Source: Mobula birostris
Taxonomy: Eukaryota
Direction of reading: 5' to 3'
NCBI RefSeq assembly: GCF_030028105.1
Contig: NC_092374.1
Location: forward strand, 178,398,057-178,462,056
DNA length: 64,000 nt
A program made the position numbers and the translations under genes. A model generated the notes under the pieces. It saw only the letters and a program-made list of their open reading frames with translations, made no database searches and had not been told where the DNA came from. Below, piece after piece: positions 28,134 through 41,249 of the stretch (the first letter of the stretch is position 1; every line of letters begins with the position of its first letter).

Positions 28134-28545
28134 TGTGATGAAGGCCCGTCACTAACTACGGACGGCACATGGCACACTCGGTAAAACACTCATCCCCAGC
28201 AGTAATAGTGACTGGGTCTGAAACAGAGCTGCTGCATGGAGCTGTCTCAGAAAGAGGCAGCAGCAAACTGCACAGGTGTGCTGATGGTGGAGGATACCAT
28301 CTTTAATTGGATAATTGAGTTAATTAGCTTTTGGTTGGCCTAGGGGGAGGGGCTTAGCAGTTATAAGCCTCAGGTTACCAAGGCTTTGAGGTTTTCTTTT
28401 GTGTTTAGTCTGAGGGTGGCTATATATATTGTTTTTTTCCAGTTTTTGTCTTGTTTTGAGGTAAGTAAAAGCACCTCAATCTAGTTTTGTGACTCAAGAC
28501 GTCTTGTTATTTTTCTTAAACAATTGACCCACAGTGGTTTTGACA
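28134..28545 (+). mobile_element. LTR (412 bp, TGTGA..TGACA) inserted in the L1
   Basis: TG..CA termini, followed after a TA spacer by a tRNA-Leu PBS; L1 coding sequence resumes on both sides; TAA is present on both flanks. Confidence 0.8.
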
Positions 28546-28547
28546 TA

Positions 28548-28590
28548 TGGTGGCAGCGGTGGGATTCAAACCCACGCCCCCGAAGAGACT
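28548..28590 (-). other. 43-nt tRNA-Leu 3' fragment (extended primer-binding site); not a tRNA gene
   Basis: Minus strand AGTCTCTTCGGGGGCGTGGGTTTGAATCCCACCGCTGCCACCA = 3' half of vertebrate tRNA-Leu(AAG/TAG type) including the non-templated CCA; one C>T in the T-loop. Confidence 0.85.
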
Positions 28591-28914
28591 TAATTTCGAC
28601 ATACCCCCATATCATTAAAAAGAAAAAATTATTTTATCTGGGTTTCAATGAAGCTGAGAAAGTCAAAGTTCTGCAATGATGTCTGAGACAGGCACCATGG
28701 TGGGTGGGCAAGAATGACATCAAATTCAAAAGACAAACTCAGAGGCGCATGATCAGATATAACAATAGCATCGTACTCACAATTCCTAACACTAGGCAAG
28801 AAGCGAGGATTGACTATAATATAATCAATCCTCAGATATTTTTTATCAACGTGAAAAAAAAGAATATTCTCTGTCATCAGAGTGTAAATATCTCCATAGT
28901 TCAATCAATCCGGG

Positions 28915-29539
28915 AGGAGAGGAGAAGATGGTAGCACGACGCAGCGCTCGTAGCCTGTCCGGTGAAATGATATTGTATTTGTTAAATAGGGTACCGTGCA
29001 GAATTCTGATTTGATGGAGACAGCCGTGAGAGCACGGAGGAACACCTGGAGTAGTCTCTGAAATACCCTGTTCGCTACTACTGTGCGATTGAGAATCTCT
29101 GGAGGGAAGGCCCCAAAATCCTCAGCTTTGCCTGCTGGTGGCGGCTGGGGTTGGGGTCGAAGCGCTCGGTAGAGATGGTGCTCTGTGTCGGAGTGCTGGT
29201 CGGAGCTCGAAGTTTTCGGACGACTCAGAGTCGGACTGTGGTCGGGTATGGCAGGGAGAGTTTTCTTCCTTCTCCCATCTGCGTGAGACGTGGGACTTTT
29301 GAGAGACTTTGAACTTTTTTTACAGTGCTCATGGCCTGTTCTTCATCAAGTTACGGTATTGCTTGCACTGTTGTAACTATATGTTATAATTATGTGGGTT
29401 TTTTCAGTTTTCAGTCTTGTTCTGTCCTGTGTTTCTGTGATATCACACCGGAGAAATATTGTATCATTTCTTAATGCATGCATTACTAAATGACAATAAA
29501 AGAGGATTGCATGTCCTCATAATCTAATCTAATCTAATC
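28915..29539 (+). mobile_element. Non-autonomous retroposon with a (TAATC)n tail
   Basis: 5' gggaggaggagaagatgg.., aataaa then the (taatc) repeat at 29520-29539. Confidence 0.6.
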
Positions 29540-29544
29540 CAAAA

Positions 29545-30330
29545 TCGGTCAAAAAGGAGTTAACGAATGGCGCGGAATGATTTGGAAGTCGCTGATTGGT
29601 TGAGCTCTTGTCAATCAAAGGATTTAAACAACAGTAGAAATTGAGAGCTTCCTACTTCTAGCCTCACCGGCACGTGGCACGTAGCAATCCTGAGATCACA
29701 ACTTTGGAGGTCCTGCTCTTTAATTTAGCACCTAACTCCTTGAACTCCTTTCTATTTCTCTAACTAACAAATCCACTATCACCACTGCTCACCTCTTTTT
29801 CCCCATCCTCTTATGAATCACAGAGCCAGACTAAGTGCCAGAGACCTGACCACTGTGACTTTCCTCTACCTGGTCATTCCACCACCCATCCCCGCCAAAA
29901 TATCCAAATTGATATTCCTGTTGTTGAGAGAGATGGCCACAGGGGTACTCTGCACTAGCTGTTTAATCCCATTCCCTTCCTGACTGTCATCCAATTTCCT
30001 GTGTCCTGTGCCTTTGGTGTAACTACCTCTTTATATTTTCTATCTATCACCCTCTCAGCTTCCTGAACGATCTGGAGTTCATCTAGTTCCAGCCCCAATT
30101 CGTTAATGTGGATTGTTAAAAGCTGCAGCTGGATGCACTTCTCATTAGGGATACTGGAGGTCTCCCTGCCTTCCCACATCCCGCAAGAGGAGCATTCCAC
30201 TATCCTGCCTGTCATCCCTACTGTTTTAAATAAAAAGAAGGGAAGAACAATAAATTGTTGGGAAAATATCTACCTACAGCTTTTCGCTTTCTCTCACTGA
30301 AGCTTCGAAGCTAAAACCTCAAAATCCCCA
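29545..30330 (-). mobile_element. CR1 5' region (5' UTR + ORF1 fragment)
   Basis: VECSSCGMWE..CIQLQLL..ELELDEL is typical of the chondrichthyan CR1 ORF1 N-terminus (29955-30215). Confidence 0.7.
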
Positions 30331-30419
30331 CTCTGACTATCCACTCAAATGATGGCTACTCCACTTGCCCCTGCCTTCATTTAATTTGTTCTTACCGATC
30401 AACGCTGATCACTGATTGG

Positions 30420-30616
30420 CCATTGCTCAAAACACCAAACTGCCACGTGTCAATGCCTTATATACTCAATCAGCAAACCTGAGTGAGCTACGTCTTCTCA
30501 CGCTTTGGATCTCTGTTATTCCATTGTTCAAAACACCACACTGCCACGTGTCAATGCCTTATATACTGAATTGGCAAAGTTAAGAGAGCTACATCTTCTC
30601 AGGCTTGGTATCTCTG
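30420..30616. repeat. Tandem duplication, period 101 bp, 2 copies
   Basis: ccattgctcaaaacaccaaactgccacgtgtcaatgccttatatact at 30420 and ccattgttcaaaacaccacactgccacgtgtcaatgccttatatact at 30521. Confidence 0.9.
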
Positions 30617-30894
30617 CTGGAAATATTTGAGATCGCTCAGTACCTGTGGAGAAAGAAAAGATATTTAGTTTCAGTAGAGCTGAAATAGGAGAGAAAAATT
30701 AGGGTTAGAAAGATAAAGCACAGAAGGGACAAAGCTACTGACCCTTGAATCTCACACTGACAATTGGTTAAAAAACTTGATAGATCTGTGCTTTGATCTC
30801 CAGTGGTAAAGAAAATTAAAGGGGGAAGGCTCGGGCAAAGAGTGAAAAAATAGAGAATATTGAGAGAGTGGAAATGAACAGAGAAGATATAAGA

Positions 30895-31420
30895 CCATAG
30901 GTGAGGATGTTTTATGAGTCTGTGGTGGCCAGTGCTATCATGTTTGCTGTTGTGTGCTGGGGCAGCAGGCTGAGGGTAGCAGACACCAACAGAATCAACA
31001 AACTCATTTGTAAGGCCAGTGATGTTTTGGTGATGGAACTGGACTGTCTCACGGTGGTGTCTGAAAAGAGGATGCTGGCTAAGTTGCTTGCCATCTTGGT
31101 CAATGTCTCCCATCCACTACATAATGTACTGGTTGGGCACAGGAGTACATTCAGCCAGAGACTCATTCCTCCGAGATGAAGCACAGAGCGTCACAGGAAG
31201 TCATTCCTGCCTGTGGCCATCAAACTTTACAACTCCTCCCTTGGAGAGTCAGGCACCCGGAGCCAATAGGCTGGTCCTGGACTTATTTCATAATTTACTG
31301 GCATAATTTACATATTACTATTTGATGATTTATTACTATTTCTATTACTATTTATTATTTATGGTGCAACTGTAATGAAAACCAATTTCCCCCGGGATCA
31401 ATAAAGTATGACAATGACTA
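30895..31420 (+). mobile_element. L2/Rex-Babar LINE 3' fragment
   Basis: RMFYESVVASAIMFAVVCWG..NKLICKASDVL..SHPLH..RLIPPR C-terminal motif, aataaa and (atgact) tail. Confidence 0.85.
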
Positions 31421-31782
31421 AGATATAGGAACAGAATTAGTCTATTTTGCCCTTCTGCTCAGCTCCATCATTAAATTATGGCTGATTATTTTCTGAACTC
31501 CATTCACCATTCTTCTACCCAAAACCCTTCACCACTTTACCAATCGAGGATCAATCAATTTCTGCCTTAAATACCCAAACAACTTGGCTTTCACAGCCCT
31601 CAGTGGGAACAAATTCCACAGATTCAGGCTGAATAAATTCCTCCTCATTCCAGTATTAAAAAGAAGTCCCTTTATTCTGGTGTGCCTTCAGATCCTAGAC
31701 TCCCCTGCTGATAAAAATATCCTCCCCATGTTCACTCAATCCAGACCTTTCAGTATTGAGCAGATTTCAATGAGATCCCCCT

Positions 31783-32364
31783 GACAGAGTGGACGGACAG
31801 GTAAATATGAGTATAGACTAAGAACAATGATTAGCTAATGATCAATCACCTTATGAGGACCTTTGCTTACTGTTGTTGGGCAAGTCAGAAAGAAACCCTA
31901 CCCAGCAACAGTTAACGCATTAGACATTGTCCTCTATCTAGCCATACAGAAGGGACATCTCAAGGTATAACTAAATATGGGAAGGATAGCATAAGGGATA
32001 GAATGTTTGAGAGAAAGGGGAAGGTGTCAATATAAGGAACTAATGTTGTATCCAGGCTAGCTGTGGCAGAAAATAATTATAACTAACCAATGATGATTTT
32101 ACATCTAATACGATATTAACATGTGATCGAAACTATTCTAAAACTGTCTTAACTCGTGTAATTGTAAGATTTCCTGTGGATGTAATGATTAATATTATAA
32201 ATTGTGATTTGGGGGAGGGTTGTGTCTGGACTGGCTCTTTGGGAGTTCAGTCTATAACTTCCTCCATAGCATGCGATGAATAAAGAGTAAAGTTTGAGAA
32301 AATATTGCTTGTGTTATTGTGTTTATGGTAACTGCGCTCTTGCATCGGGTCGATCTGCCTTGAC
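31783..32364 (+). mobile_element. Possible solo LTR
   Basis: Unique-composition block with an aataaa near 32279 and a ..ttgaca end; no clear TSD. Confidence 0.4.
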
Positions 32365-34393
32365 AACCTCCCCCCCACCTGTCCTTCTGAATTTCATTCA
32401 GTACAAGTCAATAGAGATCAAGCACTCCTCATATATTAAGGAGAGAAGGAAGAATATGACAGATGAGGAAGAAAAGGCAAGAACAGGTGGTCAGAATTAG
32501 TTTTGAACCCAAGTAATGTAATCATTGAGTGCAGAGGAAGGTCTAATCTGAGACTGTGGTGTGGTCAAAGGGAGGGTGGTAGTGTGATATCCTCAGATAC
32601 GCGGAGAGTACTACACTGTCAGTGGGGCCATGCACTGTGGAGGGGCAGGTAGAAGTTGTGGGGTACTGAAGGAGAAGCATTGCACAGTCAGTGGAGCAGA
32701 CATCATCTCATCGGGGAGAGGTGCTTTGTTATCTCTGAGGAATTCAATGAAGAAATGGCACTCGATCAGCAATCAGTTGCAACGCATTGACAGGGTGTAA
32801 TTCAGAGGAACACTATTGTGTTTCTCAAAATTAGAAAAGTAAGTTCAGTATATACAGTACTACAAGTACCACATTAAATGAGGAGAGTAGGGAACAGCCC
32901 CTTCAAACAGGTAAAGAGAGGCTGCATCCTCATACACAACACATACTTGTGATACATGGTTGCTTTCAGCCCACGGAAGTGACAAGCAGCTGGGAAACTT
33001 ATTACAGAGCTCTCTGTGTCAACATTGGAATATTGCTTTGGTTCCTCACTGGGGATGGAAAACATCATGGTCTTTGGGCTCTTGTTAGAGGTGGAAGGTA
33101 GTGCTGTTGTTCTAGAGGGAGAGGGTTAGCACAACACAGTGAATTTCTGGACTTGTGCCAGTGAACTGCTTTCTCTTCCTCAAGGAAGAAAAGTAATCAA
33201 GGTGTCTCCCCCCCCCCCCCCCGCAACCGCCGCAAAAAAAAAAAGGAAATTTCATATTGTACTGTCTTCACATATATTTTCTTGCAGCACAGGGTAGTCG
33301 AGGCCTCTGGGTGAGGACATTCAGGACATGGTTCTGCACCTAATTTTGTGCAACAACAAAGACTCCAGAGTTAGGGGTATGGAAGGAAACGGACAGTTGA
33401 CATATCAAGTCAAAATCCTTCATCTGGATTTGATCCAAAATGTTTAATCTCCATTTCCTTCCACAGATGCTGCTTAACACTATGAGCTCCCCAAGGAGTT
33501 TGGGTGTGGGTCCAGTTTGCAGCATCTGCAGCCTCTTCTGTCCTCCCAGGTAGGGATCTGTTGTCTGAGATGCAGAGTTACATTTGCTGTGAACTACCCA
33601 CTGCACCCCAGTCCAACTCCAGCTGAGTAATGTTACACAGATTCTGCCTATTCCACAGAATAGATGAGGAGGAAGAATAGTTCTTAGTGTGTGCATGAGG
33701 AATTCAGAGCAAGTGATAGACAAGTGTGATTGGATGGCCATGGGGCTGTGAAACCTGTGGAGGAATAGAGTTTAGAGTGTTTTGGAAGGCCTGGAATTTA
33801 GCAGCAGGAGTTTTGTGTTTGGACGAACAGCAGGGACTTAGATGTTAAAAGGAAAATCCCGAAACAAAGAAACACAGAACAGTGCACTGGGAAACAGACT
33901 GTCCTTGTTATTCCTCAGGCTGGCGCTACCATGACTGAGAAGGGACAGCAATCAAAACACCGCATGAACCTATTTACTACCCTGATCTTCTAACCTGGCC
34001 TTTAAGCTACTTCCACTAATGGTCTATTTCCCCATAATCATTTTCCAGTTTAGTCACATCATTGAGGACCATAGGGCAATCTCCAATTTTGTCATGATTC
34101 CCAGAGATTCCTTCTTAAGGTTTTATTTCCCCTCCAACCCCGCTGATTATTTTTGATCTCGACCTTTTACTTTAGACTATTTTGCTAATATATTTTCTAT
34201 CTTCTGCATCCTGGACCCTTACAGCTTTTCATATCTCCCTTTAGTGTCCTCTGCTCCTAAGAAGTAACTGCAACTGCTCAATTGTCCTCAAAAACAAAAG
34301 TACCCAGACTTTGCAGATCTCCCCTACACCCTCTCTTGTGCTATATCATCTTTGTAGTTCACGTAACATTTGCCAACTGTACTTGTTGGGCAG

Positions 34394-34506
34394 GACTCGG
34401 TGTGCTCCATGGAGCAGGTCCCATACTGTGGTTCATAGCTATGTTTGCAATAATTATTGGAGTGATGTAGAGGAGCAGCTTAGAGATAGCTAAGGCATTA
34501 CTACAG
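34394..34506 (+). CDS. Orphan terminal (GPI-signal-like) exon of a paralogous MHC class I-like gene; coding 34394-34470
   Basis: cag acceptor, gt donor, 113 nt, the same length as 63265-63377; encodes GLGVLHGAGPILWFIAMFAIIIGVM*; 50/77 nt identical to the paralog, ungapped; downstream intron 34507-34589 and 3' sequence to about 35115 also align. Confidence 0.7.
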
Positions 34507-37500
34507 GTGGGTAAACACAGATCTATTATCTAATCCTATTTTCTGTCACAGTACTGGACAACCAATCTCTTCTCATTTTTCCTTTGCAGATAAGTGTTTG
34601 GCCCGAACTCAAGCACAGCTCTGAACACAGGGTGGAGCCTCAGCCTGGTTTGGTTATGAATGGCCACGTATTTCAGTAAACTTAGTGTTGTATCAGTATG
34701 GAAGCTGATTAGCTTAATCTTCTGCGGTTTTGCAATGCACCTTTTTCCCAGTTTTAAATTTTCTTACATCTCACTCAGAATTCAGGTTTCAGTGTTGTGG
34801 TGTGTTGAAATCTGAGCATCTCATCCACAAGGTCTTACCTGAGATGAGTTGCTCTCCTCAACTTTAGCTGAAACATCAATATCATATATCAGACCATTGC
34901 TGTGAAGGGCTGTGGCCAAGGAAAGTTCATGGGTCAGGCAGAGAAAGCTTTGCTGGGTGATTGGAAGTACCTCACCGGAAGTGGGAATGCTGTGGACACT
35001 GGAGACCCAAAAGTAATTCTTTCCTTAATGGAGATTGGGAGGGTCCAACATTTAGCTTAAAATATGAACAGAAGCCTCTGGCTAATGGAGCAATTCGGTT
35101 CGAGATTTGAGTTGAAAATATCTGAGAATCATAAAAAAATTGTAAATAGATTCATGAATATGTGTGTGGCGACCTCTTTCTCCTTCTTGCGTCCCCCAAA
35201 GGAGGTTTCTTGCATTCTAACGATCTACCTCTCTCCCTCAATGCCGTCAGAGGATGATGCCTCAGTACTCCAGTGATCCAGACTCAATCCTGATCTCCAG
35301 CATTGTCGGTTTGATTTTTTTCACATTGTCCCTGTGACTGCTCAGAGGTTCCAGTTCCTTCCTCTATCCCAAACCTTGGTCACTGTAAAGTTTCTCTGGT
35401 GTGTGCAGGAGAGCAGTAGAATCTGGGGGCAGTAGAGAAGTGTGAAGGAGAGTAAAATGGGATTATTGTGTATGGGGATGGATACTCAGCACAGGCTATG
35501 TAGGCTGAAGAAAGTGTTTCTGTACCCTGATGCAGAGGAAAGAACCCCATATGCAGAAGGGTCTGTCTTCACCTGATGTTTTTAAGAGTTGCTGCTCTGG
35601 CCCTTTGCCTTGTTCTGACTGAAACGCAGGCCGTGATGGAGGGGAAAGAGCGGACTGGAGACTGACCTGACTGTGCTGATTACCTCTACAGGCATGGGGA
35701 GTCCCAAGAGTTCGGGAAAATCTCTGTCCAGCTTCAGGTGACTAAAAAATGTACTCTCACCTCACTGCAGGAATGCTTGAAGCAGACATGACATCCCTGT
35801 GTTATTCAGTGCTACCTCCCTGTATTTGTGAGGCACCTAGGGGAGAGTTATTGGGGGAATATGCATGATCCCAGTACTGAATATGGTCCAGGGGGTGTCT
35901 GGGTTCAGTGAGTGCTTCAGTCCCACAGGTTGTTCTGAAACTTGAAGTAAGATCATCAAGCGCTGCAAGTAATTATTCTATTATCCATGTGATTTCTGCA
36001 TTTGATGATCTTTTCAGACATACAGCACATCCAAGCCTTTAACCCTTTCACTATCGTGGGATGTCCAGGAAGTGTTTTACCATCCATAAATCCTGCTGGG
36101 ATGTAGCCAGGTTGTGAAGTTAGAAATGGGGTATTCTATCTGTGAACAGTGAGATCCCATCCAGAGCAATTAAATAATTACCAGACACTTCTTAGCCGTG
36201 GGCTGAGGGGAACATTGGCCTGAATGTGGTGACAGCCCTCCTGCTCTTTAAAACATATCGTGGGATTTTCTACACCTGAGATGCAGAACAGGATTGGTCT
36301 AATGTTTTAACTGAAACACAACACCTTTGACAGTATGGAAAACGTCTGAACTGCTCTCTGATCACGTAAAATTCCATCAATACCAAGACTCTGGCAAGGC
36401 ATCTATACTCTCTATGGAGGATGGGAGGTGACTTAATAATGGTGTATGAGAGGCACCAATAGAGTGAAATTCCAGCAACTTTTTCCCAAGGTGGCAATGG
36501 CCAATACCAGGAGACATCAGTTTAAGGTGAACGGAGGGAAGTTTATGGGAGATGTCAAAAGTGGTTTCTCTGACAGTGAATGGCGGGTGTTTGGAATGCA
36601 CTGCTGGGGGTGGTGGTAGATACTGATACAACAGGGATATTTAGAAGTCTCTTAGATAGGCACGTGGATGTAATAAAAATAAAGGGTTTGATGCAGTGCT
36701 AGGAGGAAAGATTAAGACTGATCACGCAGTACATTTTTATTGGTCAAAACAACATCATGGGCTAAAGGGACTGTACTGTGCTCTACTGTTCCATGAAACA
36801 CAAGTGTAGAAATATTGCTGAACTGCTCTCCGATCATGCAGCATTCACTTAATACCATCTCTGACAATGCAACCCATTCTCAGCACAGCACCCTCCCCCC
36901 CCCCCAGGGTGCAGACATGCAATGCTACACCATTGCCCCACTACCAAGTATTTGACCATGCACTGCTCCCTCTGCACAACAGTGCAGCTCACCAATGCCA
37001 CAGTGCTCCCCTAGCACTGCACCTTTGACACTGCATCACTCTCTCAGCAATGGTCTTTCAGATAATTCACTTCTGAATGTGAATCAGTGTCATTGCAGCA
37101 ATGGTGGAGTCCATCACTCCAGAAGTATAGTACTTCCCTGTAATTATCAATTTGGATTAGACCAGGTGAAAATGTCCTTCAATGGAATTAGTCCCAAATC
37201 TATGTAGCCAGACCAATCATCTCCCTGCAATCAAGGGGCAAAAAGCATTCTGATCCATCTGTGCATGTTCAAAATTTTTGGCATTGATTTCTCAGCTCTT
37301 TTCTGTCTTCCCCAATCTACCTCTTCATATTTCAATTTGTAACAGCAGTTAGCCATAGAGAGACTGGCCCTTCAGCCTGCTGAGTCTGTGCCAACCCACT
37401 TCCTACATTTCACTCTCTCCACATTTTCATGGACTCCTCCCCCTCCCCCCAGATTTTCATACTCACTCACACACTAGGAGGAACTTACAACTGTTAGCTA

Positions 37501-38251
37501 ACCTAACAAGGAACACAAGGGACATTTCTTGGATGGGGAAGGAAACAGGAACATCTGGCAGAAACCAATGTGGTCACAGATTTTGCAACCAAAGCACAAT
37601 GAGGAGAGGAAGTTGAGTTACACAAGGCACCTAATCCAGAGAATTCAGATTTGCTCGTTCTCCCTTAACCCCCTGGAATTCTTCCTGGGTGGTTTGGTTT
37701 CCTCCCTCATCCCAATGATGCACAGGTAGCTGCATTAATTGTCAACTGTAAATTGCCGCTAGTGTCTGGGTGATGGGCAGAATCTGAGCAGAAGACTGTG
37801 ATAACATGGGGAGAATGAAATAAAAATATAGGACTAGTAAAACTTGTTGCTTGTTAGGCAGTGTGGACACTGGGCTGGATAGCCTGTTTCTGTGCTGTGT
37901 AACTTTGTTGATGTTTTGCTTTTCAAACAGGCATTCAGCTTAGTTGTATCAGTTGGTTCTTTTTGCACAATTAGACTGTTAACTCCCTGTTGTTTTCTTG
38001 CGCACAGACGTAGACTTATATGGCACAGAACTAGATCCTTTGACCCACCAAGTTTATGCTGGCTATCAACCACCCATTTGCTCAAATTCTACACTGATCC
38101 TATTTTGTTTGTCACATATTTCAATAATTTCCCCCAATTCCCACACATTAGAGACAACTTACAGCAGCCAATTTACCTCCTACCCTGTTTTGCCTTTAGA
38201 ATGAGGAGAGAAAAGTGAAGCACTTGAGGGAACCTTGTGGGGTCACAGAAG

Positions 38252-38937
38252 TGTAAGAGGTTTCTTCTTTTATGTTACTGCAAAGGCTAATTGAAATGGC
38301 TTCTTTGTTATGTTAACTGCTGAGGAAGTTCTCCCGCTAGCAGCTTGTTTGGGTTATGTTATTGATGGGAGAGCAAACAAAACAATTGGAATGGATGTTG
38401 GTTTTTCTAGTGTGTCTGTAAGTTATTGTGATGCGTGGGAGTTTGGGGAGAAGGCACGATAGAGAGAGAGAGAATGGACAAGGTGCTGTGAGCCGGTTAA
38501 CGGGGTCGGACCCCGAGCAGGAGTCCGAGGTCCAGGATCTTCGGTGAGGAGAGGAGATGGAGACAAACTCATGCGGTGCTTCTGATCGACCACTGTCATT
38601 GGTCCCAGGCGGCAGGTGGAGCTGGTCAGAGGGGATCGAATGGTGAAGAGAAGATCGTTACCAGAGCACTAACTGTGTGCACAAAGAGACTGAACTTTGA
38701 TAAGTGTGGCGCCTTTTATTTTCCTTTTATATTTTATCTCTATTAATTACATAGTTCCAGTAATATCTATAAACTGTAATTCATTTAATGATATATGGTG
38801 TATTGTCTGTTATTTGGCAGGGTGGGGTACGTCACAAGCATCCACACAAATTTAGTTACCCAGTTTGGCGGGGCCGAGGGCTGTTTCCCTAGACGACTGC
38901 AAGTTGAGCGAACCTGAGGCTGGCCAGGGGGCAAACA
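38252..38937 (+). mobile_element. Solo LTR-like element (related to 48592-49260)
   Basis: TGTAAG..AAACA ends; shared internal motif gactttgataagtg..ggcgcc..tattt and tttccctagac; no TSD found. Confidence 0.6.
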
Positions 38938-39779
38938 TTTAATATCCCCTGTTCACTGGAGTTTTCGACCTTGCCTTTCTCTGTATCTCTCTTGTACTCT
39001 GTATCCTCACTTGTCAGGTGTCATTTAACTTGCAAGAATTTCTGCCAATCTACTTTTGTGACATCCCCGCCTATACTATTCTGATCAAACTTCTACCAAT
39101 TTAGGACAGGATATCGGTTGTGCTTGAAACCTGGAAAGTATGGCACACTGAGGAAGGGGGAAGAATGTGGCAGGGTGGGTTGTGGGAAAGGGACTGCAAT
39201 AGGAGGAAGAACACCCGAAGGATGGTGAAGGGAGAACCCACTGGGGAGTGCAAGAGCACAGGGAGGGAAAGTCATGGCCATACAGCATGAAACAGGCCAT
39301 TCAGTCCACCATGTCCATATCAACCAGGGAGTACCCTTCCTTATTAAACTAATCTTCCAACAAATTGTTCCTTTGTCTTCTACAGCTGGGAGATTCAAGT
39401 GTTTGTCCAGACACAAATTCAATGATTCTGCTTCCACAACTAACTGGCAATATGTTCCAGATACTCACCGCTCTCTGGATGAAAAGGTTTTCATCTGAAT
39501 CTTTTCCCTATCACCCAAGTCGATTACCTCTATAAATACCTGTGACACAAGGAGTAGAGTCTTGTACTCGATCTATACTCAATGTAATTTCAGGACCCCT
39601 CTAAACAGCCTCTGTCCCGGGGAGAACAAACCCAGCCTCTCCAGCCTCTTCTCATAAATCAAACGTTCTAGGATGCATCTCTTCTCCATCCTCTATACTC
39701 TTCGCACATCCTTCTTGTAGTGTGGAACCGCACGCAGACTCCAACTGAGTGGGGTAACTCAAGAGGGAGGAGAGGGCAC

Positions 39780-41000
39780 ATAGTGTAGTCGACAGGGTAT
39801 GTGGGAGAGAAGGGATGCATGAAGGAACGTGGGAGAGCGTACGGGGTGGGGAAGGGTTGGGGAAAGCGTGCGGGGTTAGAGAGCGCTTGGGCGGGACGGG
39901 AGCGCGTGCACGAATAAAGAACGCGCACGTAGGAAAAGGACAGGGTGGGGTGTAAGCAAGTGAGGAAGTGGGGGTTGGGAGAGGGATAGGTGCAGCTTGG
40001 GGAGCAATGAGTTTGCAAGGAAGTCCGCACTGGCGTCTGGCAGTGTATTGTACAGAAGTGTAATCCTAGTTGTCCAGGAGCGAGGGCGCAAGAGACGAGA
40101 TCCGGAGAATCGAGTGCATAGAGACACGTGAATAAGCAGTCGCTAGAATTTAGAGCAGAAACCAAAATTCTGGGGGATCTCGTGTGGAGGGAAGTGGTCA
40201 GTTGACGTTTTGGAATCTTATCTCTACTCTCAGCCCTTCACATAGCCGGCTACCTGCCCTTTACCCTTCCAGTCTAGATGAAGTACTTTGACCCAAAACG
40301 TCGTCTGTGCATTTCCCTTCATAGATGCTGCCTGACCCGTTGAGTTCTTGCATCAGTTTTGTTTTCCAGCAGGGATTCCCAGCCTGGGGTCCATGGCCCC
40401 CTTGCTTAATTATATTGGTCGATGGAATTAAAAAAGATTGGGAACCCCTGTTGTATACAGCGACTGGAGACGGTTTGTGGTGATCATCTCCCGGGAGGGT
40501 CCTGGAAACCTGCCCAGAGATGTGTCAGTGACTGGGTGTTGCTGCCTGCGCCTCTCTGTCGCGGTCTGCATGTGCCCACATCCTTACTGGAAGTGGTTCG
40601 GCTCCGCATCCTCCACTGCACATCCTGTGCCTGGCCGGCTGTCTACCGGCCCGCCTCCCTCCCTCCCTCCCTCCCCCGCTCCCCCCCTCCCCCTCCTCCC
40701 CACTCCAGAGCAGCGGCGGGCTGGTTATTTCTGCAGGAAGATTTTTAGTTACAGGAGTTCTTACTGGCTGCTCCTTGTAGCAGGCACTATTTATCCCCGA
40801 ACTGCCTCCGTGAATCTTATCTGCGCCCGCAGCAGTTTATTGACCAACGAGTAGATTTGTCGAGGTGAGGAGACACCGCAATGGAGAGTTGGAACGGACT
40901 GGGATCTCTCCTTTTCACCATATTGTCTCTCTGCTGTGTTGCGGGAAGCCAGGCAGGTAAGGCGAGGGTGTGTGATGGTTTTAAAGGTCTGGAGCTGCGC
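39780..41000. promoter_or_regulatory. CpG-rich island / probable promoter region
   Basis: Locally retained CpGs in a CpG-depleted background, GC-box-like polypyrimidine tract 40650-40700, candidate donors at 40865 (+) and about 40590 (-). Confidence 0.5.
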
Positions 41001-41249
41001 TTTGGAAACTCACCCCTAATCTTCTAGAGATCCCAGACGTGCCCCCATTAGACTGGAGAACTGGTGCATCACACTCATGTGTCCTACAGAAGAAATCCAA
41101 GATACTGGGGAATTTTTGGAGTCTATAAGTTCGGGATAAAATTATACTGAAAATGTTCAAGTGGCGTTTGAGATCTGTCGCGGGTTCCAAAAGATCTTTT
41201 TTCTCTGTGAACTTTAACGGCAGTAGGCAGGCCAACATAAGGTGCATTA

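Larger units (their letters stand above)
24925..28905 (-). mobile_element. Degenerate L1 ORF2 (EN C-terminal half to zinc knuckle) with 3' UTR; interrupted by an LTR
   Basis: RIDY..ISDHAP (28629-28904), YRRISLLNVDAKIL..DAEKAF (27178-27483), VYADD (26816-27013), CDRC..TLTHTFWSC knuckle (25471-25674). Confidence 0.92.

Noticed and set aside
28548-28590. tRNA-Leu gene
   Set aside because: Only the 3' 43 nt, includes the post-transcriptional CCA and abuts an LTR, so it is primer-derived
32960-33100. Open frame between ag/gt sites (PTEVTSSWETYYRAL..) as a missing domain exon of the upstream paralog
   Set aside because: No class I or Ig motifs, wrong phase, no recognisable homology
34282-34393. 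Longer 5' extension of the orphan exon (acceptor at 34357, VHVTFANCTCWA)
   Set aside because: Possible in frame, but the acceptor at 34393 is the one positionally conserved with the paralog
39668-40854. ORFs of 83-165 aa over the GC-rich island
   Set aside because: Low-complexity Pro/Ser/Leu products expected from GC-rich, stop-poor DNA; no domain motifs
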